From: the human T2T-CHM13v2.0 reference genome, Homo sapiens
NCBI RefSeq assembly: GCF_009914755.1
Contig: NC_060940.1
Strand: one strand, 5' to 3'
Length of the DNA: 64,000 bases
The position numbers and the translations under genes were made by a program. The notes beneath the pieces are model-generated. The model was not told where the DNA came from, ran no database searches, and saw only the letters and a list, made by a program, of their open reading frames with translations. This document shows, piece after piece, positions 1-18,446 of this stretch. The first letter of the stretch is position 1; every line of letters begins with the position of its first letter.

Positions 1-291
1 TCTCCAGGGCGGTCGCGACTATAACAAATGGCCGCTCTTGTGGGGATGCTGAGCCCAGGGGTGCGGGGGAACCCTCTGTAATTTATGTTCTATTTTGCTG
101 TGAACCTAAAGCTAATATAAAAAATAAAGTCTACTTTTTTAAAGTGACCATCCTGTCAGAAAGACAAAATGGTCCCAGAGCACAGGGCTTGGATTCACAC
201 AGCACAGAATCGGCTCCCAGAGCACAGGAAGGTCCAGTGCACCAGGACCAAGAAGCAGAGTAAGCCGAGTGACACAAGAGAGGGCAGCCTC

Positions 292-1391
292 TGCCCCAGG
301 CTTCCTGCGCTGGGGGCCGGTCATCTGCTGCCCCAGGCTTCCCTGCGCTGGAGGCTGGTCATCTGCTGCCCCAGGCTTCCCTGCGCTGGGGGACGGTCAT
401 CTGCTGCCCCAGGCTTCCCTGCGCTGGGGGACGGTCATCTGCTGCCCCAGGCTTCCCTGCGCTGGGGGACGGTCATCTGCTGCCCCAGGCTTCCCTGCGC
501 TGGGGGACGGTCATCTGCTGCCCCAGGCTTCCCTGCGCTGGGGGACGGTCATCTGCTGCCCCAGGCTTCCCTGCGCTGGGGGACGGTCATCTGCTGCCCC
601 AGGCTTCCCTGCGCTGGGGGACGGTCATCTGCTGCCCCAGGCTTCCCTGCGCTGGGGGACGGTCATCTGCTGCCCCAGGCTTCCCTGCGCTGGGGGACGG
701 TCATCTGCTGCCCCAGGCTTCCCTGCGCTGGGGGACGGTCATCTGCTGCCCCAGGCTTCCCTGCGCTGGGGGACGGTCATCTGCTGCCCCAGGCTTCCCT
801 GCGCTGGGGGACGGTCATCTGCTGCCCCAGGCTTCCCTGCGCTGGGGGCCGGTCATCTGCTGCCCCAGGCTTCCCTGCGCTGGGGGATGGTCATCTGCTG
901 CCCCAGGCTTCCCTGCGCTGGGGGCCGGTCATCTGCTGCCCCAGGCTTCCCTGCGCTGGGGGCCGGTCATCTGCTGCCCCAGGCTTCCCTGCGCTGGGGG
1001 ATGGTCATCTGCTGCCCCAGGCTTCCCTGCGCTGGGGGCCGGTCATCTGCTGCCCCAGGCTTCCCTGCGCTGGGGGCCGGTCATCTGCTGCCCCAGGCTT
1101 CCCTGCGCTGGGGGCCGGTCATCTGCTGCCCCAGGCTTCCCTGCGCTGGGGGCCGGTCATCTGCTGCCCCAGGCTTCCCTGCGCTGGGGGCCGGTCATCT
1201 GCTGCCCCAGGCTTCCCTGCGCTGGGGGACGGTCATCTGCTGCCCCAGGCTTCCCTGCGCTGGGGGCCGGTCATCTGCTGCCCCAGGCTTCCCTGCGCTG
1301 GGGGCCGGTCATCTGCTGCCCCAGGCTTCCCTGCGCTGGGGGCCGGTCATCTGCTGCCCCAGGCTTCCCTGCGCTGGAGGCTGGTCATCTG
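292..1391. repeat. VNTR, 38-bp unit x29 (ctgctgccccaggcttccctgcgctgggggacggtcat)
   Basis: Direct periodicity of 38; ORF track repeats every 38 aa (3 units). Confidence 0.97.
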
Positions 1392-1663
1392 ACGGGAACC
1401 CCTGCAGCCACCTGGACCAGCTGCACACACCTTGGACGCCTGTCGCCCTCCACCCTCTGCAGACACCCTCTCACAGGCTCCACCCTGCTCGGGTTCACAG
1501 ACACATCCCCCGTCTGCCCCGGGGCTGCCTGGCATGGCACCCAAGACCAAGATGGAAAGGGAGGCCCCGCGTGTGGGTGGACAAATCCACAACACGCTGG
1601 CCCTCAAGTTGTCTCAGTAATGTTATATATTTCTCTCTCCCCCCCACCCGCCCTCCCCCTCCC

Positions 1664-1984
<321 letters not shown>

Positions 1985-2147
1985 TAATGCTAAGCTTTAA
2001 AATGCAGAATGTGAAGCCTTATATCCAGAGTAATCCTTATTTTGTAAAAAGTACATGATATATTCAACATTTTAGATTTACATGTTTTATCTTGGGTGGA
2101 AGGATTACAGGCGATTTTTACTTTCTTCTCTATGCTTTATTTACTGG

Positions 2148-2630
2148 TGTTATGAGTTGAAATGTGTCCCCCAAGAATGGTATGTTGAAGTCCTAGCCCC
2201 CCAACACCACAGACGATGGCCTTCCTGGGAAACATGGTCTTTGCAGATGATCCAGGTGAGATCGCTAGGGTGGGCCCTCACCCCACAGAACTAGCTTCCT
2301 TCTACAAAGGGCAGACGTGGACACTGAGCTGTGCACGCAGGGAGAACGCTGGGTGAAGAGGGAGGCGGAGATCGTGGTGATGCGTCTACAAGCCCGGGCG
2401 CACCAGAGACTCCCCCATCCCCCAGAACCCGCCGGGCACACCAGAGACTCCCCCATCCCCCAGAACCTGGAGAGAGGCCTGGAGCAGATGCCCGCCCCCA
2501 CCCCTCCAGCACCGCAGAAGGAACCGGCCCTGCAGACAGCTTGGTCTCAGAGCCGTGGGAGAACAGATCCTTGCTGTGAAAGCTCCTGGTCTGTGGTGAT
2601 TTATCACGGCAGCCCCGAAAGACCCCCACA
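2148..2630 (+). mobile_element. MaLR solo LTR (MLT1B-like) with internal ~39-bp duplication at 2400-2467
   Basis: tgttatgagttgaaatgtgtccccc...tatgttgaagtcctagcccc...gaaggaaccggccctgc...tgtggtgatttatcacggcagccc resembles MLT1 consensus. Confidence 0.75.
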
Positions 2631-2974
2631 CCAAGTTTCACTCTCTGTCCATGGACCTCTTTAATGGAAATCCTGACTTTTCCATAAGGCACTGAATCTG
2701 TGTAACTTTTAGAGTAAGGAGGACGACCTACAGTTCACTGCATGAAAGCACAGCCCTTCCAACAAAGGCAGGCGAAATGTGGAACCAATTATATCTGGGT
2801 GCCTACACGTGACGTACGCCAGTTCTTTGTAGAAAGAACGAGGCTTGTCTCAGCGATACTAATGTACAGTTCACATGAACTCCTAACCTTAGCCAGCCAC
2901 AATAAGGTATCTGGGATTGAGCGCTTATTTAAATCGGTAGGCACATCAATTTAAATTTAGGTAGTAGCTCAGCC

Positions 2975-3185
2975 TGTACCTAACACATGAGGAAGCCGAG
3001 GCGGGAAGATCGGTTGACTCCAAGAGTTCAAGAGCATCCTGGGAATGACAGGGAGACCCCGCCTCTAGAAAAACATTTAAAAATTGCTGCGTATGGTGCC
3101 GCACACCAGCAGAGTCCCAGCTACTCGGGAGGCTGAGGTGGGAGGATTGGTTGAGCCTGGGAGTTCAAGCCTTGAGTGAGCTGTG
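2975..3185 (+). mobile_element. Degenerate AluJ, 3'-truncated
   Basis: gccgaggcgggaagatc...gtcccagctactcgggaggctgagg. Confidence 0.8.
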
Positions 3186-3410
3186 GGTGGGGGGGGCAGC
3201 ACTGCAGGGTGAGGTGAAGGGGGTGGTTCTGCGGGAGGAGGTGAGGTGGCTCTGCGAGGTTAGGAGAGGGGGCAGGGGCTCTGTGGGGTGAGATAGGGGG
3301 TATCTGCAGGGTGAGGTGAGGGGACAGCTCTGTGGGATGAGGTGAGGTGGGGGTTCTGCGGAATGAGGTTGGGGGGGCGGCACTGCGGGAGGAGGTGGGC
3401 GGGGTGGGGC
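3184..3410 (+). repeat. G-rich degenerate repeat (ctgc.gggtgaggtgagggg-like)
   Basis: Many G3-G8 runs and a recurring ctgc/ctgt-gggtgaggtg motif. Confidence 0.7.
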
Positions 3411-4199
3411 CTGCAGACCCTCCAGGCTCTCCCGGGGGAAGGAGCCCCATCAGGGCCAGCACTGCGCCACTCCCAACAAAGCAGGCAACCTAGCCTGCCA
3501 GTGGAGACCTCTTTTCCGCCTGGGCTCCAGCTCTAGAGCAAGGCCAGTCACCTCAGCCCCACCATCAAACACCAGGCTCCACATGGGCACTGCCTCGCTC
3601 AACTGCGTGGTGGCGGGTGGCCTGGAACGCTGCTGTCATCACTGCACGTGGACACATCATCAACCTCTCAGCGTGACGTGCCCTCGTGCTTTCAGGTAAA
3701 ACACTACAGAGAAACTTCCTGTTGGCAGGTGGACCCCGCACTCCCTAGGGCCTGATCCGCTCCCTCTCTTCTGCTTTACGGGCACTGACAGGAAGTATCT
3801 GATGCGCACTCACTCACACCAGCCACGCACATGTTGTGAGCAATCCTGTGTGGCCTGCTCCCCCCTCCTGACCGGCCCCTCCTGACTGGCCCCAGCACCG
3901 CGTGGAAGAACATGGAGGAGCTCATCTGTCTGAGGATAGGAAGCAGCAGAGCACACGCAGGTGAGGGCAGAGCGGGGAACCCAAGTCCCGAGGAAGTTTC
4001 TCAGTAAGCGAGGCCCCGCGCTCTGGGAGGGCACCCCCAGGAAGCCCACACATAAAGCAACTGGACACACGCTCAACTACGACTGGGCAATGACAGTAGC
4101 TTAAAAAAAAAAAGTACACCACCAAACAGACAAAGACCAGAGACCACTTACATAAAAGCCCTGCTGCCTCCCCGGGAAGGGATTTCAAAACACTTCTTT

Positions 4200-4485
4200 A
4201 GGTGAGCACGACAGCACGTGCCTTTAATCACAGCTACTCAAGAGGCTGAGGCAGGAAGATGACTTGAGGCCATAAGTTTGAGGCCAATCTGGGCAACAGA
4301 GCAAGCCCACCTCTAAAAAAGTAAAAATAAAAAAATTAGGCGGGTGTGGTGACATGCGTCTGGAGTCCCAGCTACTCGGAAGGCTGAGGAAGGGGCATCA
4401 TTTCAGTCCAAGAGTTGAGGCTGCAGTAAGCCATGACTGCACTCCAGCCTGGTCAACAAAGCAAGACTTGTCTCTTAAAAAAGCA
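4200..4485 (+). mobile_element. Old AluJ-like element
   Basis: Two arms, A-rich linker and A tail. Confidence 0.85.
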
Positions 4486-5669
4486 AAACAACAACACATC
4501 TTTATATTATAGGGCACAGAAAGGAGCAAGATTATAAAACTAAAATAGGGTGAAAGAATGCAAGAGACTCAGAACTATGGCAAACTTATAACTAAAATTC
4601 CAAACTACAGGAAACTCTCAGAGCAAACGCTGCATCACATAAGCTGCTAGCCCGGCACATGATTGTGAAGAATCAGGAGTCCTCTCAGCACCAACAGACA
4701 GTCATGGACACAGCCCACAGGTGGCTCGACCCACCAGCCTCAGGCAGCATGGGGTTGAGAGGGGAAGCCCAGTTTGGCCGACTGTAGAACCCTGTTCTAG
4801 TCTCCTATCCACCCTCACCAAGGCACTAAATCACCAGCAAAGACTCTGAGAACATCAACATCTGTGTAACTAAGGAAAATGGAAGTGCAGGAAGGAATAC
4901 ATTTTTGTAATCAAAGGGCATGAAAAAAATTGCCTTCACTGAAAACACTGAAAAGGTACAACCCTATTATGTCTCCTGCTAGGAAAAATTTTCCTCTGCT
5001 TTTAAAGGATTAATAGCCACAAAATATTATTTTGTTATTCTGGTGTCCTCCAGAAAATGAGCCAACAGTTTGAAGGGTATGGGGTAAAGAGAAGAGAAGG
5101 AAAAGCTGCTTTTGAAAACACTGTTGACTCGCAAAGTTACCAGCACTCTATCAGGCTAATGCCTAGGTCAGGAGAAGACAGACGCAGTCACTACTATGGA
5201 TCCTGAGGGCGAGAAACTCTGGATGCCACAAAGTGGCATGTTCAACCTTCCTACAAGCACACAGAGGTGAAGCCTGGAGAACAGGCAGGGACAGGCCCAG
5301 CTGGCCATGTGCTCAGCCACGCCTACCTCGCAAGGTCATTCTGAGGATGAAGGCATCATGGATCCAAATGCCACCTTGACGCTGAATGTACTACACAATA
5401 AAAGAACCACTGTAAATCACACTATTGACTCTTGCTTGGTTGATGTTCTTTCCTTTACAGTAAAGTGAACTCGTGGACAAACATCGTGTCCACAGACCAC
5501 CATAAATGTAGTTTGTTGTTTTAAATAAAACTGAAATCAGACTTCCAAAAAGAAACATCTAAAAACTTCTCCTCTCCCATCCCACCAGAGCCATGGCCCA
5601 CAACACAGCCCGACGCCCCGTCACACGCTCTCACAGGACAACTGCCCACACCAGTTAACCTGGTGTCAC

Positions 5670-6185
5670 GGTGGAGGCGAGGTTGCGGTGAGTGGAGATC
5701 ACGCCATTGCACTCCAGCCTGGGCGACAGAGCAAGACTCCATCTCAAAAAAATAAATAAATAAAAAATCTTGTGGAAGGAGGTACCACATATGCGGTCTG
5801 TTGTGGAACAAAATGCCGTTACGTGGGGCATGACTGTATTCTGTAGGGCACATTTGCAAAACAGCTCCTCTAGTCACATAGGTAACTGTTTTTGAGACAA
5901 GTTCTGGCTCTGTCACGCAGGCTAGAGTGCAGTGGTGTGATATGAGCTCACCGTAGCCTCGACCTCCTGGGCTCAGGCGATCCTCCCACCTCGGCTTCCC
6001 CAACTAGCTGTGACTACAGGCACGTGCCACCACACCTGGCTCATTTTTTTTTTTTTTTTTTTTTGGTAGAGACAGGGTTCTCACTATGTTGTCCGGGCTG
6101 GTCTCGAACTCCTGGGTTGCAGCAATCCTCCCGCCTCAGCCTCCCAAAGTGCTGGGATTACAGGCCTGAGCCGCCATGCCCGGCT
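5670..6185. mobile_element. Alu 3' fragment (+, 5670-5767) and AluJ (-, 5888-6185)
   Basis: Alu consensus motifs. Confidence 0.85.
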
Positions 6186-6404
6186 TTCTAGGTAACTTTC
6201 CTATCAGCCTTCCTGACTGCTGCAGATAAGGCATGTTCTCACAGGGACAATTCAGGAAATGCACCAAAGCGTCCTCAAGGCCTGTCCACGAAGCTCCTCC
6301 TTCCAGCCAGACCCTGGGGCTTAGGGGTCAAATTCCTCACACCTTCCCCCAGCGCTCCTCACAAAGGATGCACTGCAGTCAATCCCAACTTAGCTCCAGC
6401 AAGA

Positions 6405-8440
<2,036 letters not shown>

Positions 8441-10082
8441 TTAACTCCTTTGTCCACATAGTAAAACTCAGTCTTCCATTAACTTCAAAAAGCCAAACTG
8501 ATAAGTTTTTAAGTAAAGAACAAACACATCTATAGCGAAGTGTGGAAAATCACTGTGGTCACTCCCCAGCTACAGCTGCCATGCAGTGGTAGTGCCCCTG
8601 CCCTCAAGCTGGTCCCAGACTCAAACAGGAAGCCACTGCACATGTGTGACCACTGGCCAGGCAAAGAGAGGCCAAGACAGCTCGAAGGACTTGCGCATGG
8701 CCCCAGAAGGCTGCACTATGTGGCAAGCACTGGATGCATACAGATACTCGGCCAAGAAACTCCCTGAGAGAGCTCACACCAGCGCTGTTCCCTCAGAAGC
8801 CCAGTTCTCCACCCTAGAGAAGTGGCAGCCCTTCCACATTCACTTTAGCCTTGGGCTACCACAGACATGGTGACCAGGACAAAGAGGCGTGAAGCTGGCA
8901 AAACCACCAGGTTTGATGCACAGAAAGGCCAGCATCAGCACCCAGTTGCCTGGGCAGAGGAGGAAGAGGATGGCAGGTACACAGGCCGTTAGAAACGGCC
9001 TCACCCTGACCCTGAGCGTGGTGGCAAGTGGCCGACCCAGATTCCCTCACCCTGCTCTGGCACACCGCAGGCCAGCTGCATCTGGCAGGAGTGTAACAGC
9101 CAGTGCCCAGGCTGACGAGCGTGAGCACTGCCCCACACACACTCAGACCCTCAGGAAGAGCATGAAAGACGTCCCAGCCGTGCCCACAGCTACAGCAGCC
9201 CCTCCTCGCACCCCCTGCCACCCTCCCTAGAGTCCAGCGCTAATACAACCACCTCTGGCCTCAGAGTCCCCGGGACTCACTCACTCACTTCACTGATCAG
9301 CCGTGGAATCCTGAATTCAAACCCTACTTCCTAAACATCTTTTGAGGCCTACATTCCTCTTGTAATAAAAATAAGGAAAATGCAATTTTCTGGGATTTTG
9401 TAGGAAAAAAAGAGAACATAAGTGAAGATATCTAGCAGAGCATGTGCCTCTCACAGACCTTAGGAGTTACTGGGAAATACAAGTGAACAGGCCGCTGTGG
9501 AGTGCGGTTTCTAAAAGTAGGAGGAATACAGAAAAGGCGGCCCCAACCCTGCCTCTGGGAGCAAAACCAAAAAGAGCCACAGCCACAGCAGAGAATTCAG
9601 AAAAGCCACCTGCACAAAAGGCCAGAGCAGCCAAGGGAAGCTGGGGGCCCAGGCCAGTGAGCCCTGGGGCCAGGTATCAGGCCCCTCAAAGAGCAGAAAA
9701 CAGATTTTTTAGGTGAAGCCGACGGTCTGAGGAAATGAGATGAGCTCACACACCTGATGACAGCTTCCCTCAGCAATTCCACCCGCCTCCACAGGACTCA
9801 GACCAAGTCCTGGTGTTAGAATAAATCACTAGGCTACAAGAAAGCTCAAACCCCCACAGGTTCTAGCACTCCTAGCCACCAACACAACTCTGTTCAAGAT
9901 CCACCTATCAACAGGGGTGGGGTGGGAAGGCGGTCCCCATCCTCAGGCCATTCTTCCTCCGTGGGTTGCAGCCAGGGTTTCCTGTGGGTCGTCTTGTGCA
10001 CGTCACGGCCCTGCCCACAGCATAAAAACATACAGGTGTGAGGGAGATGAGCAAGACAGCTAGCTTTTCACAAGAGCAGGAA

Positions 10083-10691
<609 letters not shown>

Positions 10692-11542
10692 CAATCTAAA
10701 TTTAAAACACAGTTTGCTGTTCAGCTACAGGGCAGAATTTCACACGGAGCAGGCACCTCACAGATGCCAACCCGGTGGGTACGGCCCTTTGAGTGTCACC
10801 TAAAGCCTCATAACATCATCACCAAGCCCATCCCCAAAAGCTGTAGTTAGTAAGCCACCAGGATTTGATATTTAGAAACTTTTCCCACTAACAAAAAACA
10901 AGCAAGAATAAATTTTAAACAAAGGCTGACTGTACCAAGGAAATGGAGATAATAAACAGAAAAAGACTCATGGACACTGGTGTTGGGAGTGATGGTCTTA
11001 GCCCTCAGACCAGACTAAGACACCCTGCAGAGCTGAGGCTGTCAGGAACCACGCAGAGCCACGGAAGGGAAACACCTGCCCCCGGGCTACAAAGGCCACC
11101 CTCTGCCCTCTGCTTACTGCTCTGGTTCTGCCCTCCAGACACAAGCAGGTCCCTAAAGCAGTTGCTATCCTGCTGACGTGCTGACACCATCAGATATGAA
11201 CAAGAATCCCAGTTTTATTTTTCCTAATAAATAAATCATCCATTTAGCAAAACGTCAACGATACCAAAAGCTATGAAAGCATCCTTGGATTTACAAAGAA
11301 CCCTCGCTTCTCATTTCCCTTATTTTCCCATGCCCAGGCAGAGAGCCCTCTAAGCCCATGGGAAGCTTAACAGAAGGGGGTGGGGAGTGGCCAACTGTGG
11401 CCAGGGCAAGACAGAAACCACATGTGCGTGAACACGTGTTCTACACAGAGCCTTATGTACTGGGCCACAGAATAAGCAGAGCTGGGCAGCTCCTGCTGCC
11501 AAAGTCAACATGTTCAGGCTGCCCGGCCTCCACAGGCGCTTT

Positions 11543-11683
11543 CCTGAAAGCTGCCTGCAGAGAGAAGGGTGGCCAGGGCAGGAGGCAGGATCCTGAAGCT
11601 GCCTGCAGAGGGAGGGGCGGCCAGTGCAGGAGGCAGGTTCCTGAAGCTGCCTGCAGAGAGAAGGGTGGCCAGGGCAGAAGGCA
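11543..11683. repeat. Short tandem repeat, ~48 bp x3 (ctgaagctgcctgcagagagaagggtggccagggcaggaggcagg)
   Basis: Direct reading. Confidence 0.85.
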
Positions 11684-11974
11684 GCAGCACAGGGGCTCGG
11701 GCCCACGCTGGCTGTCCACACCCAGGGCCACGCCTCCATGACGGTGCCCTCCACCACATCCCCTCTCGTGTGTGCTGGTGCCACCACGGGGGCCCAGGGA
11801 CCTTTTTGCTCTACTTCTCTTTCAAACTTGCAGCCCTGTGCCAGCAGCCAGCACTGCCTTCAGAATCCCTGCACACAGCGGTGGGAAACCTTGACTGCAC
11901 CGGAAGAGGAGCAGGCTGCCCTGGCTGGGCCAGACGCTACACATCTTGCTGTCGAGATGGTCTACATTTCTTCC

Positions 11975-12245
11975 TTTTTTCTTTTTCTTGTAATCCTTCT
12001 GTCACCTAGAGCTGGAGTGCAGTGGTGTGATCATAGCTCACTACAACCTCTGCCTCCCGAGCTCAAGAGATCCTCCTACCTCAACCTCCTGAGTAACCAT
12101 GACGACAGGCACACACAACCACGCCTGGCTAATTTTTGTATTTTTTGGAGAGATGGGGTCTTGCCACGTTGCCCAGGCTGGTCTCGAACTCCTGACCTCA
12201 GGCAATCCTCCCACCTCAGCCTCCCAGAGTGCTGGGATTACGGCC
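11975..12245 (-). mobile_element. AluJ
   Basis: Alu motifs. Confidence 0.85.
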
Positions 12246-12413
12246 AGTTTACATTCGGAACCCACCACTATCCCCTTGTTGACAGTAAGCACATCCCAAA
12301 TCATTTTTCCCAATGGACAACACAAATAAATAATTAAGATCCTTATTCTAGAGTGGGGAAAAAAAGAGACTAGAATTCTCAGCAGAACTTGAGGAATCCA
12401 ATGGCCAGTAACG

Positions 12414-12962
12414 AAGATGCCTCCCAGAGTCTCCTGGCCATGTTCCATCCCTCCCCTCAGCCAGGTACTGGGGTGAGATGCCTCCCAGAGTCTCCTGGCC
12501 GTGCCCCATCCCTCCCCTCAGCCAGGTACTGGGCTGAGATGCCTCCCAGAGTCTCCTGGCCGTGCCCCATCCCTCCCCTCAGCCAGGTACTGGGCTGAGA
12601 TGTCTCCCAGAGTCTCCTGGCCGTGCCCCATCCCTCCCCTCAGCCAGCTACTGGGCTGAGATGCCTCCCAGAGTCTCCTGGCCGTGCCCCATCCCTCCCC
12701 TCAGCCAGGTACTGGGCTGAGATGCCTCCCAGAGTCTCCTGGCCGTGCCCCATCCCTCCCCTCAGCCAGGTACTGGGCTGAGATGCCTCCCAGAGTCTCC
12801 TGGCCGTGCCCCATCCCTCCCCTCAGCCAGGTACTGGGCTGAGATGCCTCCCAGAGTCTCCTGGCCGTGCCCCATCCCTCCCCTCAGCCAGGTACTGGGC
12901 TGAGATGCCTCCCAGAGTCTCCTGGCCGTGCCCCATCCCTCCCCTCAGCCAGGTACTGGGGT
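12414..12962. repeat. VNTR, 61-bp unit x9 (gagatgcctcccagagtctcctggccgtgccccatccctcccctcagccaggtactgggct)
   Basis: Unit starts at 12414, 12475 ... 12902. Confidence 0.97.
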
Positions 12963-13895
12963 GCTCAGGCCACACCGGACCCTCCATCTCCTTCCTCCTA
13001 CCTTCCTCTTCTTCTCAACAAAATCTAAGCAAGTTGTAAATGGGCCTTCTGGTGGCAATGATGTATTAAGACACGCAGAGCCCTTACCCCATTTGCTACA
13101 GGAACCCAATTACATCTGGGAAGAAACAAGCAGGACAGGAAAAAGGTACATTGGTGTTTTTGCATCCATAAAGTTCACTTCAATTTAAATAGAACTTACT
13201 GAGTACTCTTTTGCTAGATCCAGGCAAAATGTTTTTCACCCTCAGATACAAAAACATAGAGGAAAAAATTCCCTTAAGCCAGCTGTAAAAAATGATGGTA
13301 TTAAAAAAATAAAACACTGGCCCCATGAGAATCACTGTAGTTAACAAAAGAAATACAGTAACCGCAATATTATAACCTACAAACAAAAAGCCATTCTCAG
13401 TCCCCCAGCAGGACCTCTCCATGCCTCCCAGGTCAGCAGAGGACAGAGGACAGCAGAGGTCACAGGTCAGCAGAGGTCCCAGCACTCAGAGCCGGATTCC
13501 AGCTAAAAGCACACATGAGGGAAAACAGCTGACAGCCAGAGCTCCCAATGGGGAGCTCCAATGTTCCAAACCCTCCCCCAGGCCCTGGGACTCTCTGCCC
13601 ATCAACCAGAGCCTGGAGGGGGAGGGAGTAGGAGGGGGCGCCGCTCAGCCACAAGTGCCCATTTTCACATGAACAGGTCTAACTTAAATGACACAGCATC
13701 TTCTATAAGTTACTGCAGTTTAAAGATGCCTAGCCACAGATAATTCCTCAGAACTCTAAAATAAAAACTGATTCTACTAAACAATGGAGTTATTTATCTT
13801 GGCATAATTACTACGCATATTTTTTTGATAATAATGGAAGTATGGTGTTACCTGTTTCTAAATCTTAACAAAAACTTATGTTGAAAATGGAAGTG

Positions 13896-14682
<787 letters not shown>

Positions 14683-15504
14683 TTACAAGTTCAACATTTC
14701 AGCAAGACAGAACCTGATTACTTTTCCATCTTAAATGGAGATGTCAATTAAAAATGTAAAACATTAAGTCCAAGCCTCTTTTCATATGAACAACACTGCC
14801 TTTGTTATCATTAACAAACCACTTTCAAAACCCCCAATTTTTGGGAAAGGTAATTTGAAAGTCCCATTTCACAGCAAGCACAAATGGAACACCCACATGT
14901 TGCAAGGGTCAGCAGTCCGCTGTCACTCACGGCCACACTCACTGGGAACCGCGTGCTGGGGTCATCGGGGGTCACGCAGCCGCACCGCCTGAGAGGACTA
15001 ACCCTTCTGTTTTGCCAAGAAAGATGTCAGCTTCAACTACTTTTATACTGGAGAAACAATTTACAAACTAAAATTGTTTTAAAGCCTCTATTTTCATGCA
15101 GTTTTGTTTCTGTAAAGTGTTATTTAATCTCCAAGGAAGTCTTTACAGTAGATACGACCGTGACCACTGTCCTGGGTAGGAGACTGAGGCTCGGAGAGTG
15201 GAAGGGAGGGGCCAGGGCCACAGAGCTAGCACCAGTCAGCCCATCACACAAGGCTGTCGGGGACCCTATGTCACTGCGGCCACACCTGGCCCAACCTCAG
15301 GGCAGGACCAGCCTAGAATCCATCCAAGCTGGGCACCTAAGTCACGCCCAGATGGGAGAGAAGAGCACAGCACCGTGTACTGAAGAAGCGACTGTGGATC
15401 TCATCTCAACGGCTCACATTCCACCCCAAGGAATCAAAGTGAAACACGGGAATGACACAAATACCAACATGAAAAATATCAGAGCACCTGTAACATTCTT
15501 ATTC

Positions 15505-17345
<1,841 letters not shown>

Positions 17346-18239
17346 AAAATGCAGCATTTTGCTTTTCCTTGTCATACATTAAGGTCAGCAGTATCCTTTT
17401 CACAAAGAGGCACAGCTCAGACCCTGGGGTGTGGGGTGCTCCCTCATCGCTGCCCCCCTTTTCCCATGTACCTGGCCCCTCCATGGCACCCCTTTTATCA
17501 CAACCAGGCTCAGTCCACCTCCAGATCTTGAAAAATGTCTCACCTGATCACAAACATGCCCACTACCCAGGCTGGCTTCATTCTAACTACAAACCATCCC
17601 ACAGATTAAGAGAAGACAATTCTAGACCTATTTTCAAGGATATCTCAGATTCCCTTTCCTTCAAACCTCACCTCTATTTCCAAGGAAAGAATTCAGTCAT
17701 ATGAAAGAAAGCAGTCAGGTGTATTTTAAAGTGGCCTGACTCCAGGCGACTGAGATAAGGAACAGATACACCAAACTATGAAGCTCCCGAAAGAAGCTGC
17801 AGGAAAGGTTCTTTCACGTTTGCTGGGAGTAACAACACAAAACAGATTATGTATTTTTGGAATGTTCACTTTAAAACCATGACTCACACCTGGCCAAAAT
17901 ATGAAAATTTAATTTAGCCAAGTTTTCTCTTCAACTGCTGTCAATCCACATATCAGAGAAAATAACCTGCCAGTTCACCATGCGTCTCTGGAAGGAGGGA
18001 GGACTCTGCCCTACAGCGACACGTGCTTGCTCAGAGCCAAGGCCAAAGTCTTTTTGGAGACTGCTGCCGCTCCTCTCAAAAAACATGCCAGTGACTCCCA
18101 GGAGGAGGCAAGGAGTCAGGGCTGGCGAACCAGGCTCCCACTCCTTACCTGCCAACCATACACACTGGTCTCCAGCTCCTAGGAAAAGCCAGAATAGCCA
18201 TCTAGAGGGTTCAGCAACAGCACTATGCCCAGAAGCACA

Positions 18240-18446
18240 GGACAGCCCGGCGAGACCACCAGGAACCTAACAAGAGCACAACAGCTCCCAGGATACAGAA
18301 TCCTCATCCAAGGACAACCCAGCAAGACCACCAGGATCCTAACGAGCAGAACAGCTCCCAGGATACAGAATCCTCATCCAAGGACAACCAGGCAAGACCA
18401 CCAGGATCCTAACGAGCAGAACAGCTCCCAGGATACAGAATCCTCA
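18240..18446. repeat. Tandem repeat, ~70 bp x3 (ggacaaccaggcaagaccaccaggatcctaacgagcagaacagctcccaggatacagaatcctca)
   Basis: Units start near 18240, 18312 and 18382. Confidence 0.9.

Noticed and set aside
292-1391. CRISPR-like array (38-bp palindromic repeats)
   Set aside because: Units are contiguous with no unique spacers, there are no cas genes, and the DNA is human; the same applies to the 33, 42, 61 and 75 bp arrays
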